Shown one piece after another: positions 27,396-38,305 of a stretch of 54,140 nt of DNA; position 1 is the first letter of the stretch; every line of letters starts with the position of its first letter. The position numbers and the translations under genes were made by a program. The stretch is from the IMG/VR virus record IMGVR_UViG_3300033489_000011, positions 1 to 54,140 of that record; one strand, written 5' to 3'. The notes below the pieces were generated by a model, which made no database searches, was not told the origin of the DNA, and was given only the letters and a program-made list of their open reading frames with translations. The stretch is from a virus (lineage: Duplodnaviria > Caudoviricetes).

Positions 27396-28951
27396 CGATG
27401 ACACCTTCCTCATCCCAGACTGCTGTCCTGCCGTCCGCGCCCCCCGCGCCCGGCTACCTGCGCACCGTGGACGCCTATGGCAGGCCGATCCCGCGGGCCG
27501 CCGTTACCGGTCCCTTCGAAGGCGCCTCTGCCGGCCGCCGGATGAGCACCTGGGGCACCTCGACCGCGGGGCCAAGCGCCGCCCTTTTCTCATCGCTCAG
27601 GGACCTCCGCTCCCGCTCGCGGGAATTGATCCGCAACAACCCGCTGGTGGACGGTGGCGTCGACAGTTACGTCGCGAACATCATCGGCTCCGGGATCAAT
27701 CCCCGCTGGCAGGTGGACGATCCGGATATGAAAGAGGAGATCCAGAAGCTCTGGGAGGACTGGGTCTCCGAGGCCGATTTTTACGGCATGCTCAATTTCT
27801 ACGGCCTCCAGACCCTGGTCTGCCGCGGCCTGATCGATGCAGGCGAGATCCTCTTTCGCCTCGTTCCGCGCCGCCTCGAAGACGGCCTCTCCGTCCCGCT
27901 GCAACTCCAACTGCTGGAAGCCGACCACCTCGACGAGACATACAACACGATCGCCGCCGAAACCGGCAACGAGGTCCGCATGGGGATCGAGGTGGACGCC
28001 GACGGCCGGCGCGTCGCCTACCATCTCTGGGCGGAGCACCCGGGCGAAACCTTCATCCTGCAAAGGCCGATCCTCGAACGCCTCCGGATACCCGCCGCGC
28101 AGATCGGCCACGTCTATCGCCCGATCCGGGCCGGTCAGATGCGGGGCCGCCCATGGCTCGCCTCGATCATCGTCCGCCTCCATGAGCTCGATCAGTACGA
28201 CGACGCGGAACTGGTCCGGAAGAAGTGTGCCGCGATGTATGGCGGCTTCATTACCGAGGCGATCGGCTCCAACGTCGATCCCACGGCCTGGTTCGGCAAG
28301 AAAGCGGACGATGACAGCGAAGGCCGCGACGTGGTTGCACTCGAGCCGGGGACGTTCCCGATCCTCCCCCGCGGGATGGACGTGACGTTTTCCCAGCCGG
28401 TGGACGTCGGTTCGACCTATGAAGTCTGGATTAAGCAGCAGTTCCGGCAGATCGCCAAGGGGATGGGCGTCACCTACGAGCAACTCACCGGTGATCTTGC
28501 CGGCGTGAACTACTCCTCGATCCGGGCGGGCCTCCTCGAATTCCGAAGGCGAGTCGAGCAGCTCCAGCGCGAGATCCTGATCTTCCAGTTCTGCCGCCCG
28601 ATCGCGCACGCCTGGCTGGATGCCGCCGTCGGGTCCGGCGCGCTTTCGATCCCCGGATACTTCCCGAACCGCCGGATCTACCGCCGGATTAAATGGCGGC
28701 CCGACGGCTGGGCCTGGGTCGATCCGCTGAAGGATCAGGAAGCTGAACAGATGGCGGTCCGGAACGGCTTCAAGTCGCGCGCGAAGGTGATCGCGGAGCG
28801 CGGAGACGACATCGAAACGGTTGACAAGGAGATCGCCGAAGACAATGCCCGCGCGGATGAACTCGGCAACATTTACGATACCGACCCGCGCAAGACCGGG
28901 AAGGCCGGTAAGGGCGCCACCGCTGCCCCACCAGCCGATGGAGGAGAATGA
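27392..28951 (+). CDS. Portal protein, lambda family
   Basis: LRSRSRELIRNNP, LQLLEADHL, GQMRGRPW, LTGDL..VNYSSIRAG, WVDPLKD. Confidence 0.95.
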   Translation: MTMTPSSSQTAVLPSAPPAPGYLRTVDAYGRPIPRAAVTGPFEGASAGRRMSTWGTSTAGPSAALFSSLRDLRSRSRELIRNNPLVDGGVDSYVANIIGSGINPRWQVDDPDMKEEIQKLWEDWVSEADFYGMLNFYGLQTLVCRGLIDAGEILFRLVPRRLEDGLSVPLQLQLLEADHLDETYNTIAAETGNEVRMGIEVDADGRRVAYHLWAEHPGETFILQRPILERLRIPAAQIGHVYRPIRAGQMRGRPWLASIIVRLHELDQYDDAELVRKKCAAMYGGFITEAIGSNVDPTAWFGKKADDDSEGRDVVALEPGTFPILPRGMDVTFSQPVDVGSTYEVWIKQQFRQIAKGMGVTYEQLTGDLAGVNYSSIRAGLLEFRRRVEQLQREILIFQFCRPIAHAWLDAAVGSGALSIPGYFPNRRIYRRIKWRPDGWAWVDPLKDQEAEQMAVRNGFKSRAKVIAERGDDIETVDKEIAEDNARADELGNIYDTDPRKTGKAGKGATAAPPADGGE

Positions 28952-29025
28952 GGAATTGGGGGACAGATTTTAAATCTGTCCCCCAATTCCTCTGCGGCCC
29001 CGCCTGCCGATGGAGGAAACGATTG

Positions 29026-30354
29026 ATGGATAACAAAACCCTATATGCAGCCCATGCGGCCAGGATCTGCAACCGGCCGCTCCTGATCAATCCGGCCTAC
29101 CTGCCCGTGCTGTCGAGGTCGCTGGAGTTGCTGGCAATGGGGACAGATTTGAAATCTGTCCCCAAACTCGTGATCTTCCCGGATGCCTTCGGCGCCGTCA
29201 AGACGGAGGCGAAGTTCGATCTCCAGGACGGCGCCGCGATCATCCGCGTCTATGGCTTCCTCTCCTACCGGACGGAAGAATCGTGGTTTTTCGATGACGG
29301 CGGCACCTCCTACGAGGATATCCGCGAGCAGTTCCAGGCGGCGCTCGTCGATCCCGCCGTCAAATCCATTGTCCTGGATATCAACAGCCCGGGCGGCGAG
29401 GCGGCCGGCGTTTTCGACCTGGTGGATGAGATCTACCACGCCCGCGGCCAGAAGCCGATTCATGCCGTCTTCAACGAGGACGGTTTCTCGGCGGCCTTTG
29501 CCATCGCCTCGGCCGCCGACAAGCGTTACATCTCCCGGACAGGCGCGGCCGGTTCCGTGGGCGTGGTGGCCATGCACCTGGATCAAAGCGGCTGGGACGC
29601 CAACGCCGGCCTGGTCTTTACGCCCATCTATGCGGGAGCTCACAAGGTGGATTATTCCTCCCATGCGCCGCTTTCGCCGGAAGCGAAGTCCGCGCTGCAG
29701 GGAGACATCGACGCCGTGTATGCCATTTTCGTCAGTACGGTGGCCCGCAATCTCGGCCTGACGGAGGCGGCGATCAAGGCCACGGAGGCGGGCATTTTTC
29801 AGGGCAAGAAGGCCGTGGAACTGGGTTTTGCGGATGCCGTCATGCCGTGGAACAAGGTCATGACGAAACTAACCAATAGAAAGAACGGAGGAGTTATGAA
29901 AGCGGAACTTGAAAAGTTGTTCGGCGAGATGCGCGACAAGTTTCTCGCCCTGATCGGCAGCGATCCGGCGGAGGCGGTCAAGCAGGAAGTTGTGACCAAG
30001 GCGGACGCGGAACTCCTGGTCGTCGCCGCGGAAGAGGCGGCCAAAAAAGACGGCCACGCCGCCGGCCTCGTGGAAGGCGCGGAGGCGGGCAGGGCGGAGG
30101 CCCAGGCGCGGGCAATCGAGATCATGGAGATCTGCGCCCTGGCCGGCATGGAAAAGGACGCGCTCGGCTATATCAAGGATACGGCGCTGTCGGCTGAAAA
30201 TGTGCGTCTGAAGGTTGTTGAAGCCCAGGCCGCGGAAGCCGAGCAGACGCGGATCCGGAGTACCGTCTCGGCGACGACCACGGGCGAGCCGAACCCGTTG
30301 ATGGATGACGCGAAAAAGCGGGCGGCGGCCGGCATTTCGCTCGTCAAGAAATAA
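29026..30354 (+). CDS. Prohead protease S49 (gpC-like) with C-terminal scaffold region
   Basis: LDINSPGG, SAAFAIASAA, GSVGV, AVELGFAD; internal GGAGG+ATG near 29896 may give a Nu3-like scaffold; contains a palindrome-encoded MGTDLKSVP. Confidence 0.9.
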   Translation: MDNKTLYAAHAARICNRPLLINPAYLPVLSRSLELLAMGTDLKSVPKLVIFPDAFGAVKTEAKFDLQDGAAIIRVYGFLSYRTEESWFFDDGGTSYEDIREQFQAALVDPAVKSIVLDINSPGGEAAGVFDLVDEIYHARGQKPIHAVFNEDGFSAAFAIASAADKRYISRTGAAGSVGVVAMHLDQSGWDANAGLVFTPIYAGAHKVDYSSHAPLSPEAKSALQGDIDAVYAIFVSTVARNLGLTEAAIKATEAGIFQGKKAVELGFADAVMPWNKVMTKLTNRKNGGVMKAELEKLFGEMRDKFLALIGSDPAEAVKQEVVTKADAELLVVAAEEAAKKDGHAAGLVEGAEAGRAEAQARAIEIMEICALAGMEKDALGYIKDTALSAENVRLKVVEAQAAEAEQTRIRSTVSATTTGEPNPLMDDAKKRAAAGISLVKK

Positions 30355-30410
30355 CACATGGGGACAGATTTCAAATCTGTCCCCCATAAACAGAAAAAGG
30401 AGGATTAAAA

Positions 30411-31085
30411 ATGAGCCATCTGCATGAAGACAACAATTTGAGGGACATCCTGCGGTATGAGGATGACAGTGCGGGGCAGCTTTCCCGTGAGGTCGTGACC
30501 GTCGCGACCGGAGAGACGCTTTATCAGGGCGAGGTCATCGGCAAGAAAACCAAGGCGATTGCCACCACCGGCACGGCGGACGGCGGAAACTCTGGCGGCG
30601 GGACGGTAACCACGGTTACGCAGGGCTTGAAGTCCAAGCTCGGGACGTACACCATCGAGGCCATGACCATTGTTGTTTCCCCGCTGGAACAGGTGTTTCA
30701 GGTTCGGGACCCGGACGGGAATCTCCTGCCGGATGCGCTTGCCGTCGGCGCGTATACAAGCGACCAGATCAACTTCACGATCGTCGAGGGAAGCCCGGTG
30801 ATCGCGGAAGGCGACAAGTGGACTATCGCGATATCGGCAGGCAACGGCCAGGTGACGGCCATTTCCTTGTCGGCGGTGGATGGCACCTCTGAAGCATACG
30901 GCATCCTTACGGAAGATTGCACCGCAACGGCGGCGACCGAGGCCGTGGCTATCGTGAAAGATGCAGTAATCGTGGCAGCGAATGTCGTGTGGCCGGTAAC
31001 TTCGCCGGCTTGGTCAGCGGACGAGAAGGCGGCTGCCCTGGCGCAGTTGGCCGCAAAGGGTATCGTTGCGAGGGCGGAAGCCTAA
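30411..31085 (+). CDS. Head decoration protein (gpD-like, with inserted domain)
   Basis: LSREVVTV..G.VIG..DGTSEAYGIL..AALAQLAAKGIVAR; between protease and capsid. Confidence 0.85.
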   Translation: MSHLHEDNNLRDILRYEDDSAGQLSREVVTVATGETLYQGEVIGKKTKAIATTGTADGGNSGGGTVTTVTQGLKSKLGTYTIEAMTIVVSPLEQVFQVRDPDGNLLPDALAVGAYTSDQINFTIVEGSPVIAEGDKWTIAISAGNGQVTAISLSAVDGTSEAYGILTEDCTATAATEAVAIVKDAVIVAANVVWPVTSPAWSADEKAAALAQLAAKGIVARAEA

Positions 31086-31135
31086 GCGACCATGCGGGGA
31101 CAGATTTCAAATCTGTCCCCTGTGTGGCATAAATA

Positions 31136-31242
31136 ATTCGGGTTTCCCGGCGGGCTGATCCCCCAAAGGGAACGCAAGAAAGAATCAAGGCGGGCTGTAT
31201 GGAGCCATACCTCCATCGGCCCGCCTTTTTCTTTGCCCGGCA
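31136..31242 (+). ncRNA. Structured RNA element, copy 1 (upstream of major capsid gene)
   Basis: 100/107 identical to 41293..41399 with structure-compatible changes; includes a terminator-like stem + U tract. Confidence 0.65.
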
Positions 31243-31299
31243 ATCAATGGGGACAGATTTAAAATCTGTCCCCTGTAAACCAGAAGGAGGAAACGTAAA

Positions 31300-32316
31300 A
31301 TGATTCTCAATCCATTCGATCAAGATGCTTTCAACATGGTGTCTCTGACGCAGGCCATCAACATCCTGCCGAACCGATACGGCAGGGTCGGCCAGTTGGG
31401 GCTGTTCACCGACAAGGGCGTGCGTACGCGCACCGTCATCGTGGAGGAGCAGAACGGCGTTCTGAACCTGCTGCCCACCCTCCCGGTCGGCGCCCCGGGC
31501 ACGCAGAACAAACTCGGGAAGCGTATCGTCCGCACCTTCTCGGTCCCGCACATCCCGCTGGACGATGCGATCCTCCCCTCAGAGTACGAGGGGATCAGGG
31601 AGTTCGGGTCGGAAGCCAACATGAAGGCGCTGGCCGGGGTGATGAACGATCACCTCCAGGTGGCCCGAAGCAAGTTCGACATCACCCTCGAATTCCTTCG
31701 CATGGGCGCCCTGAAGGGGATCATCCTCGATTCCGACGGCTCCACCCTCTACAACCTCTACACGGAGTTCGAGATCAGCCCGGAAACGATAGACTTCGAC
31801 CTCGATACTGCGAGTCCCTTGGTCGATGTTCCGTCCAAGTGCCGCGAGGTCATCCGGTACATCGAGGACCATCTGATGGGCGAGGTGATGACCGGCGTCC
31901 GGTGTCTCTGCGACGCGACGTTCTTCGAGGCCCTCATCAACCACGCGAGCGTGAAGGCTATTTACTCGGGTTGGGCCGGCGCCGCTTCGCTTGCGGGAGT
32001 TGACCCCCGCAGAGGGTTTGCGCTTTCAGGCATCACGTTCGAAGAGTATCGCGGCGTGGCCACCGACAAGGACGGCACCCCGCGGCTTTTCATCGCGTCC
32101 GGCGAGGGTCACTGCTTCCCGGAGGGGACGCAGCAGAGCTTCAATACCATCTACGCCCCCGGCGATTTTATCGAAACGGTGAACACCGTCGGCATCCCGC
32201 TCTATTCCAAGCAGGAGGCGCGGAAGTTCAACCGCGGGATCGATCTCCATATCCAGAGCAACCCGTTGCCGATCTGCTATCGGCCGGCGATCCTGGTGAA
32301 GGTGACAAAGACGTAG
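31300..32316 (+). CDS. Major capsid protein (lambda gpE-like)
   Basis: SLTQAINILP, PHIPLDD.I, TLEFLRMGALKG, QSNPLPIC.RP; AGGAGG RBS. Confidence 0.95.
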   Translation: MILNPFDQDAFNMVSLTQAINILPNRYGRVGQLGLFTDKGVRTRTVIVEEQNGVLNLLPTLPVGAPGTQNKLGKRIVRTFSVPHIPLDDAILPSEYEGIREFGSEANMKALAGVMNDHLQVARSKFDITLEFLRMGALKGIILDSDGSTLYNLYTEFEISPETIDFDLDTASPLVDVPSKCREVIRYIEDHLMGEVMTGVRCLCDATFFEALINHASVKAIYSGWAGAASLAGVDPRRGFALSGITFEEYRGVATDKDGTPRLFIASGEGHCFPEGTQQSFNTIYAPGDFIETVNTVGIPLYSKQEARKFNRGIDLHIQSNPLPICYRPAILVKVTKT

Positions 32317-32388
32317 CAGGCGGGAACGGGGAACCTGGGGACAGATTTGAAATCTGTCCCCAGGTGATACGCGATGGGGGTAAGGCGC

Positions 32389-32697
32389 ATGTCGCTTCGG
32401 GAAGACATACAATCCGCGCTCCCGGATATCTTCGCGGAAGGCGAGGAAGCCGTTTTCACGCCGGCCCAGGGAGAGCAAATACCCTGCATGGTCTTCATTG
32501 ATTTCAACGTGCAGCTCCAGCCGGCGGGCGTCGAGGCGGAGGTCTGGGAACGGGGAACCGTGATCGAGGCGCTCCTCTCGGAACTGGCCCGGGCGCCGGT
32601 CCGGGGCGAAACCTTCACCCTGGCCGGCGGGATCGTATACACCGTCCAGGCGATCCTGGAGAACGACGGCCTGACCGTCAAGGCGGTGGTGACATGA
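32389..32697 (+). CDS. Head-tail connector (FII-like)
   Basis: Position and size; GEEAVFTP..P.RGETF..Y.V..I.ENDG. Confidence 0.7.
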   Translation: MSLREDIQSALPDIFAEGEEAVFTPAQGEQIPCMVFIDFNVQLQPAGVEAEVWERGTVIEALLSELARAPVRGETFTLAGGIVYTVQAILENDGLTVKAVVT

Positions 32698-33302
32698 TCT
32701 CGGTAAAACTCAATCCGATAGACGTCGCCGATGTGAAAGCCATGCTCTCGCGGCTCTCCGCCGATGAGACGAACAAGGCGATGGCGCGCGGGATCAATAC
32801 GACCATGACCGGCGTCCGGACAGATGGCGTGAAGATCTTGTCTGAGCATTATGCCCTCACCGCCACGGCGATCCGCGAATCATGGAAGATCCGGAAAGCC
32901 CTGTTCCGGGATCCCTCCGGCGTCGTTTCGAGCAAGGGGACGTTCATCCGTCTGATCAAGTTCGGCGCGCGGCAGAACAAGTCCGGCGTCTCCGTCAAGG
33001 TCCTCCGGAGCAAACCCCGCGCGACGGTCGAGCACGCATTCATCGCGAAAATCAGAGGGGATCAGAAAGAGGAGCAGGTCTACTGGCGCAAGTATAAAGG
33101 CCCCCATAAAAAGCCGGTCGCCGGCCGGGCCTATGCGCGGATGCCGCGTGAATACAAATTCCCGGTCCAGGCGCTCTATGGCCCACGCATCCAGGACCAT
33201 CTCGGCGATCCGGGGATCATGGGCACCTTGACCAAAATGGCCGGGGAGAGGCTGAGCAAGAACATGGAGCGTGAAGTGGATTCGATCTTGAGGGGGTACT
33301 GA
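32694..33302 (+). CDS. Minor tail/neck protein (gpZ-like)
   Basis: Basic; AMARGINTT..FGARQ..GVSVKV..HAFIA..LYGPRI. Confidence 0.8.
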   Translation: MISVKLNPIDVADVKAMLSRLSADETNKAMARGINTTMTGVRTDGVKILSEHYALTATAIRESWKIRKALFRDPSGVVSSKGTFIRLIKFGARQNKSGVSVKVLRSKPRATVEHAFIAKIRGDQKEEQVYWRKYKGPHKKPVAGRAYARMPREYKFPVQALYGPRIQDHLGDPGIMGTLTKMAGERLSKNMEREVDSILRGY

Positions 33303-33769
33303 TGACCGACACCATCCGGGAGCTTGTCATCCAGAGCATCGTCGCACGGGCCGCCGTCATCCTGCATGTCGCCTCGCCGCCCAGCGGCTACGAGACCGAC
33401 TGCGGGGAAACGGTTCTCCGCGCGCGCCCGAAGGTGGGGCCGGATGACCTTCCCTGCATCGTCGTCTGGCCTCAGATCGAGGAGGCGGAAAACACCCATG
33501 GCCAGTCCCGCCACCGGATGCCGGTCCAGGTCGACGGCCTGGTGAAATTCGGCGCGGTCGATCCGTCGATCATGGCGGAGCGCATCCTGGGCGACCTGAT
33601 CAAGTGCTTCACCTCGCCCCTGTGGAGCCGCTCCCCGGACTACATCGAATCGATCGTCTATCAGGGCGGCGGCGGCCAGGCCCCGGAAGAAGGTTCCGTA
33701 TCCGTCGGCGCGCAGGCGAAATTTCTGGTCACCTATTGGACGAACACGGGGGATCCGTACACGCGATGA
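33302..33769 (+). CDS. Tail terminator (gpU-like)
   Basis: TIRELVIQ..DLPCIVVW..ILGDLIK..Y.T..GDPY. Confidence 0.75.
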   Translation: MTDTIRELVIQSIVARAAVILHVASPPSGYETDCGETVLRARPKVGPDDLPCIVVWPQIEEAENTHGQSRHRMPVQVDGLVKFGAVDPSIMAERILGDLIKCFTSPLWSRSPDYIESIVYQGGGGQAPEEGSVSVGAQAKFLVTYWTNTGDPYTR

Positions 33770-34287
33770 ACGAGCCGAAACCCATATTGATCATCACCGG
33801 ATCGGCGCCCTGCGTGATGGAAGACATTGATGCCCTCGGCCATGGGGACAGATTTGAAATCTGTCCCCATGGCCATGGCGACTGGATGGCCGTCGGTCTG
33901 GATGCCGTGGACAAGTATGCCTGGCCGATCAAATATGTCGTCACCTATCACCCCGTCGAGATCCCGCAATTTAAACCGAAGCGAGCGAAGATCGGAGGGA
34001 ATACGGACTTTCTCGTGATCGCCCATAAGCCGGAGCCGGGCGTTGATATCGTGGAGCCATACGAGTCGCCTACCGGGTCATCCGCCCTTTGCGGGGCGAT
34101 GGCGGCGATCAGAATGGGATATGAAAGGATCATCCTATGCGGCTGCCCCTTACTCGATAAGAATTACATCACCTTTCAAAAGGGATGGGAGAAAAAGAAG
34201 GAAATCGTAAAAGACAAGGTCCGGTCGATGTCGGGATGGACGAAAGATTTTCTTGGCGCACCGACGAAGGAGTGGCTTGATGCTTAG
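33766..34287 (+). CDS. Rossmann-like transferase (Maf/DUF115/GT29-like), with in-frame palindrome insertion
   Basis: LIITGSAPC, GSSALCG..A..MGYERIILCGCPL, VRSMSGWT. Confidence 0.55.
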   Translation: MNEPKPILIITGSAPCVMEDIDALGHGDRFEICPHGHGDWMAVGLDAVDKYAWPIKYVVTYHPVEIPQFKPKRAKIGGNTDFLVIAHKPEPGVDIVEPYESPTGSSALCGAMAAIRMGYERIILCGCPLLDKNYITFQKGWEKKKEIVKDKVRSMSGWTKDFLGAPTKEWLDA

Positions 34288-34308
34288 TTACAGCGGAGGC
34301 TTTAGAAC

Positions 34309-35991
34309 GTGGCGCTAACAATAGCTATAGAAGGTAAGGGCATTATTGCTAACGCAGATGCGACTCCGGATTCCGCAATGGCTGGTAGTCTATGGGACGA
34401 GCTCGGCGCGGGGACAGACGCCTTCACCACTTATGTCCGTTTGTATGGAACAACCAGTTTCGGCGGCGCTTATTCTGCGAAGGCTGGCTGGCAGTATTAT
34501 GACATCGGCGCGGCAAACGTCCTCGACTTCACTCAGAGTCCCGCCGGAGCGCAGAAGGATCAGTATATTTGGCTGTGGGTATCGGTCACGACCATTGGAT
34601 TGATTCAGACCAAGGCCAACAAGGGATTAACTATACGCATTGGTTCAAGCCTTACGGACTACCGCGAATATGTCATCGCTGGAAGTGACGATGCGAATGA
34701 GTGGAAGGGCGAATGGAAATGCTTCGTGATGGACCCCACGCTGCCAAGTACCTCCGGAATGGGCGCTGGAACACTTAACCTTGCGGCAGTCCGCTACATG
34801 GGATTCTACATTGACAATACGGCCTTGTTTGCCAGTCCTTGCATCTTTATGTCGCAGATCGCAGTCGGTAAAGGGCTTCGGATAACTGGTGATAGCACAA
34901 CGGCCTGGGAGGATGTTCTTGCTTGGTGTACCGATTATCCGAACCGTGCATGGGGTATGTTCACAGAAAAAGAAGGCATCGCTTTTGTACTGGGCAAGGT
35001 ATTTATAGGCGACACGGCGCAGGGGGCGGCCACCTCGTTTAGGGGCTACGGTAGCATCCTTAAGTGGGCGAAGTCTGAATTTTGGGATGGTAGCGCATGG
35101 GTTCCTTCATACCCCGTAACCGCCTGCGGAATTGAAGTGCAGGATAATGACAGCTTTCCAACGACTTTCGAGGATGGAATTATAGTCGGGACAGATAGTG
35201 GTCGCGGAGGAAGCCAGTTCATTGGTGATGGTACCACAACAGTTTCGTTTGATTTATATGCAGGAGGCCATGCTGATTCAATGACGGCCTGTTACGGAAC
35301 TGCTTTCAAGAAAATGAAAGGGACGTTCAATTTTGGGAATGACAGCGATCATAAGGTGTATGCCTGTAGCTTTGTGGCATGTAGTCAAGTCGATCCTGTT
35401 GGCGGCCCTGAGATAAGGAACTGCATTTTTGCGGAAACGGCAGACGCGGAAGGCGCGCTGTTATGGAACGCCAGTATCAACATAGCGGATTGTAAGTTCA
35501 TCGCTAACACAATCGGCGCGGCGATCCGGCACCTTGTTGGCGGTCCCGCATCGCCTCCCGCGCATTACGACTATGATGCGTTGACGTTCTCTGGCAATAC
35601 CTACGATATAGAAAATGCTGCCACAACGCCGAACTTCTACATTGATATTGACAGGATCAACGGCTCGAATCCAGATAGCGGGAAGATAAACAATTCAGCG
35701 GGCGGCACCACTGTTCTTCTTGAGATCGGCGTGACGCTGCAATTGACAGGCCTCGTTAGCGGTTCTGACATAACGATCCTCGATGCAGGGACTGAAGACG
35801 AGCGCGTGAATGTGCAGGAAAACTCGGGCACGACTTACAATTACGGCTACGATTACGCCGCGAGCGACTACGTGGATATCGGCGTATTCAAGGCGGGATA
35901 CGTTCCTTATTATGTGAGGAATTACTTGTTGGCAGCGACGAATGGAAGCCTGCCTATCGCGCAGGAAATAGACAGATACTATCTTGAATAA
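34309..35991 (+). CDS. Putative virion protein (beta-rich)
   Basis: 560 aa, G/T/D/S-rich, in the morphogenesis operon. Confidence 0.6.
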   Translation: MALTIAIEGKGIIANADATPDSAMAGSLWDELGAGTDAFTTYVRLYGTTSFGGAYSAKAGWQYYDIGAANVLDFTQSPAGAQKDQYIWLWVSVTTIGLIQTKANKGLTIRIGSSLTDYREYVIAGSDDANEWKGEWKCFVMDPTLPSTSGMGAGTLNLAAVRYMGFYIDNTALFASPCIFMSQIAVGKGLRITGDSTTAWEDVLAWCTDYPNRAWGMFTEKEGIAFVLGKVFIGDTAQGAATSFRGYGSILKWAKSEFWDGSAWVPSYPVTACGIEVQDNDSFPTTFEDGIIVGTDSGRGGSQFIGDGTTTVSFDLYAGGHADSMTACYGTAFKKMKGTFNFGNDSDHKVYACSFVACSQVDPVGGPEIRNCIFAETADAEGALLWNASINIADCKFIANTIGAAIRHLVGGPASPPAHYDYDALTFSGNTYDIENAATTPNFYIDIDRINGSNPDSGKINNSAGGTTVLLEIGVTLQLTGLVSGSDITILDAGTEDERVNVQENSGTTYNYGYDYAASDYVDIGVFKAGYVPYYVRNYLLAATNGSLPIAQEIDRYYLE

Positions 35992-36003
35992 AGGAGAACG
36001 AAG

Positions 36004-37674
36004 ATGGCAAAGATAATTGATCCCGATGATTTGGTACCAAGCTCGACTGAGGGAAACCTCGGCGTTGACGGGAACATCTGGCTTGACACGACGCTCAAGA
36101 CCTTTGAGCTCGCACCGTATGGGGAACTCGCTGCAAAGACCGGTGTGACAGGGAATGCGATATGGGCAAAGTTCATCGACCTGTGGGCTACCGCATCGTA
36201 TCAACCATTCCCGTTCCCCATGAACATCCTCGATGCCCGGTCCGGTCAGTATATCTTCGGGCAGGACCCGGGAGGTTCCTACAATGGATGGAAACCGGAA
36301 GGGGATGTAACCCGGCAGATGATCCGCGATGCAGGATGGTCAGAGTATAACGCTTCGGGCGATCATCAACGGCAGTATGTCGGCATTGTGGCTCTCGCAT
36401 CCGGCTTTCCGGGAGGAGCGCAGCTTTATTATCAGAAGGCAACAGCGGAAGCCGCGGCTGACTTCACCTTCGATGATGCGCCGAATGAGGCGATCCAAGT
36501 ATTCGGGGATGTCTATAATGGCGACTTCGATGATCGAACGTTCTTTAAGTTGTTCTGCCGTGAGGAAGCGTATCTGTATGATGACGCTGTTTTGGGCGAC
36601 GTCGGTGAAACGGCTACCGGTGCCTACAAGATTCAGTTGCCGATTGCGGTCGGCTCTGATCTCAATATCACCGACACGGATACGAATGTTGGAGCAAACT
36701 CTCCCTACACGCAGATCGTCATAAAGTATTTCGACACGGCCTATCAGAAGGACGTTGACCTCGACGCAACGCCCCGGAGCTTCGGCATCGTTGTCGATGT
36801 AGGCACACATTCGGGAGTGGACGGCGTAGTGGTGGCTTCCCCGGCGAATATCTTGACAACGGCGGAAGGCGGGATCACGCCTGATCTGTATAACGGCGGG
36901 ACCCTGACCATCCACACCGGGACGGACGCAGGAAGAATTGTCAGCATCACCGATTGCGATGCGACCACTATCACAGTCGATGCTTCACCCGCCCTTTCGG
37001 CAGACACCGGCCTTTGCTTCACGGCGCAAAGAGCGACCCCCATTGTGGCGACGCTGAAGGAGATTTACACGAAGGTTCAGTATCAGTTGCGGCAGGATTC
37101 CAATATCAATGACATTGGAGGAACGATTAACGGTAAGACCGCCGACCTGCTCCTGAATTTCGTCGGGCCTACACTGATCTGCGGCTTTTATGAACCGGCG
37201 AACTCCGAGGGCGGCGGCAGCGGTGTTATGGTCGAGGGGATCAAGGCGGCTGATATCAATAGCATCATCTTCCATGACAACGGTGATGTTGAGCGTGAAT
37301 ACCCGTATGCCTCTGCCGGAACGCTTTACTTCAATGCGGCCTTGACGCAGGGCGGCACAGGCTATTACCGGATGTATTTCACGACCACGGTTGGTGGTGA
37401 CGACTATGGGGAGGCAACCGCCATCACGGTCAACGATGCTGACGGGAACCCAATCGCCGGGACCATTACAGGAGCAAGCAAGGCGTTCACCTTTGACTAC
37501 ACCGGGAACACGCAGGGAGGCCGGGTGTTGTCGCCGTTGCTTGATGCGGACGTAACGGTTGTCGCGGGAAATGCCGGGAGCGCAAAGCCGGTTGTGGCAA
37601 CGGGAACCATTGACCAAAGTAAGACCATTTCGATCACGTTGACGGCTGAAACCGATAGAGCGTATCTGCCGTAA
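36004..37674 (+). CDS. Putative virion protein
   Basis: MAKIIDPDDL.., acidic T/G-rich; AAGGAG RBS. Confidence 0.6.
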   Translation: MAKIIDPDDLVPSSTEGNLGVDGNIWLDTTLKTFELAPYGELAAKTGVTGNAIWAKFIDLWATASYQPFPFPMNILDARSGQYIFGQDPGGSYNGWKPEGDVTRQMIRDAGWSEYNASGDHQRQYVGIVALASGFPGGAQLYYQKATAEAAADFTFDDAPNEAIQVFGDVYNGDFDDRTFFKLFCREEAYLYDDAVLGDVGETATGAYKIQLPIAVGSDLNITDTDTNVGANSPYTQIVIKYFDTAYQKDVDLDATPRSFGIVVDVGTHSGVDGVVVASPANILTTAEGGITPDLYNGGTLTIHTGTDAGRIVSITDCDATTITVDASPALSADTGLCFTAQRATPIVATLKEIYTKVQYQLRQDSNINDIGGTINGKTADLLLNFVGPTLICGFYEPANSEGGGSGVMVEGIKAADINSIIFHDNGDVEREYPYASAGTLYFNAALTQGGTGYYRMYFTTTVGGDDYGEATAITVNDADGNPIAGTITGASKAFTFDYTGNTQGGRVLSPLLDADVTVVAGNAGSAKPVVATGTIDQSKTISITLTAETDRAYLP

Positions 37675-37684
37675 GGAGTAGCGG

Positions 37685-38305
37685 ATGGGGATGACGTTTG
37701 ATGGGCCAACGAAGGTAATCACGCTGACGACCGGAACAGTGGCCGTCAGCGTGAGGGACCTGTGGAGCAGGTGGGTGGACTGGTTTCTGACCGGTGATAA
37801 TTCCAAGTATCTGCCTGCGTTTGCCCAAGTCGGAGGCGATCCCATTGACGAGGCGGAAGGTCTTTACATTCCGGTCTATGCCTTCCTGATGAACGGGTGG
37901 AAGGTGAAGCCGCAGGAGGCGAACCATACGCTCACGGTCAGCGACGGCATCCTCCTGGTGAACGGCGGCGGCGATCCGTTCAACGACACGGACGGGAGTT
38001 ATGTCGTCAGAATCAATTATCAGCAACCTGTTCAAGCGATAAGTTTCAGCACGGAAGGCGGCGGTGGACCGACCTCGGCGGCTATTGCGGATGCTGTTCT
38101 GACAGAGCTTATCGCGGATCATAAGGCTGCGGCGGGGAGCCTGGCGGCTGCTATAAACGAAATCTGGCAGCGGCAGGCGGGAGTTAAGCTCGTCGCCGAT
38201 AGGGATTTGAATACGATCAAGGTCTATGACTCAGATGGCTTGACCTTGCTCTTTACGCTTACAAGGACAACGGTGGGAAATGTTGACACTTACACAAGGA
38301 GCTGA
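37685..38305 (+). CDS. Putative virion protein
   Basis: TFDGPTKVI..DLWSRWVDW..GGDPID..FLMNGW. Confidence 0.6.
   Translation: MGMTFDGPTKVITLTTGTVAVSVRDLWSRWVDWFLTGDNSKYLPAFAQVGGDPIDEAEGLYIPVYAFLMNGWKVKPQEANHTLTVSDGILLVNGGGDPFNDTDGSYVVRINYQQPVQAISFSTEGGGGPTSAAIADAVLTELIADHKAAAGSLAAAINEIWQRQAGVKLVADRDLNTIKVYDSDGLTLLFTLTRTTVGNVDTYTRS

Noticed and set aside
28948-29025. Longer N-terminus of the S49 protease starting at 28948
   Set aside because: It would translate a 43-bp hairpin; ATG 29026 has its own GGAGG and is more plausible, though not proven
31136-31242. c-di-GMP-I riboswitch (GGGACGCAA-like segment)
   Set aside because: No upstream GGCAAA/GNRA P1 architecture; only a short coincidental match
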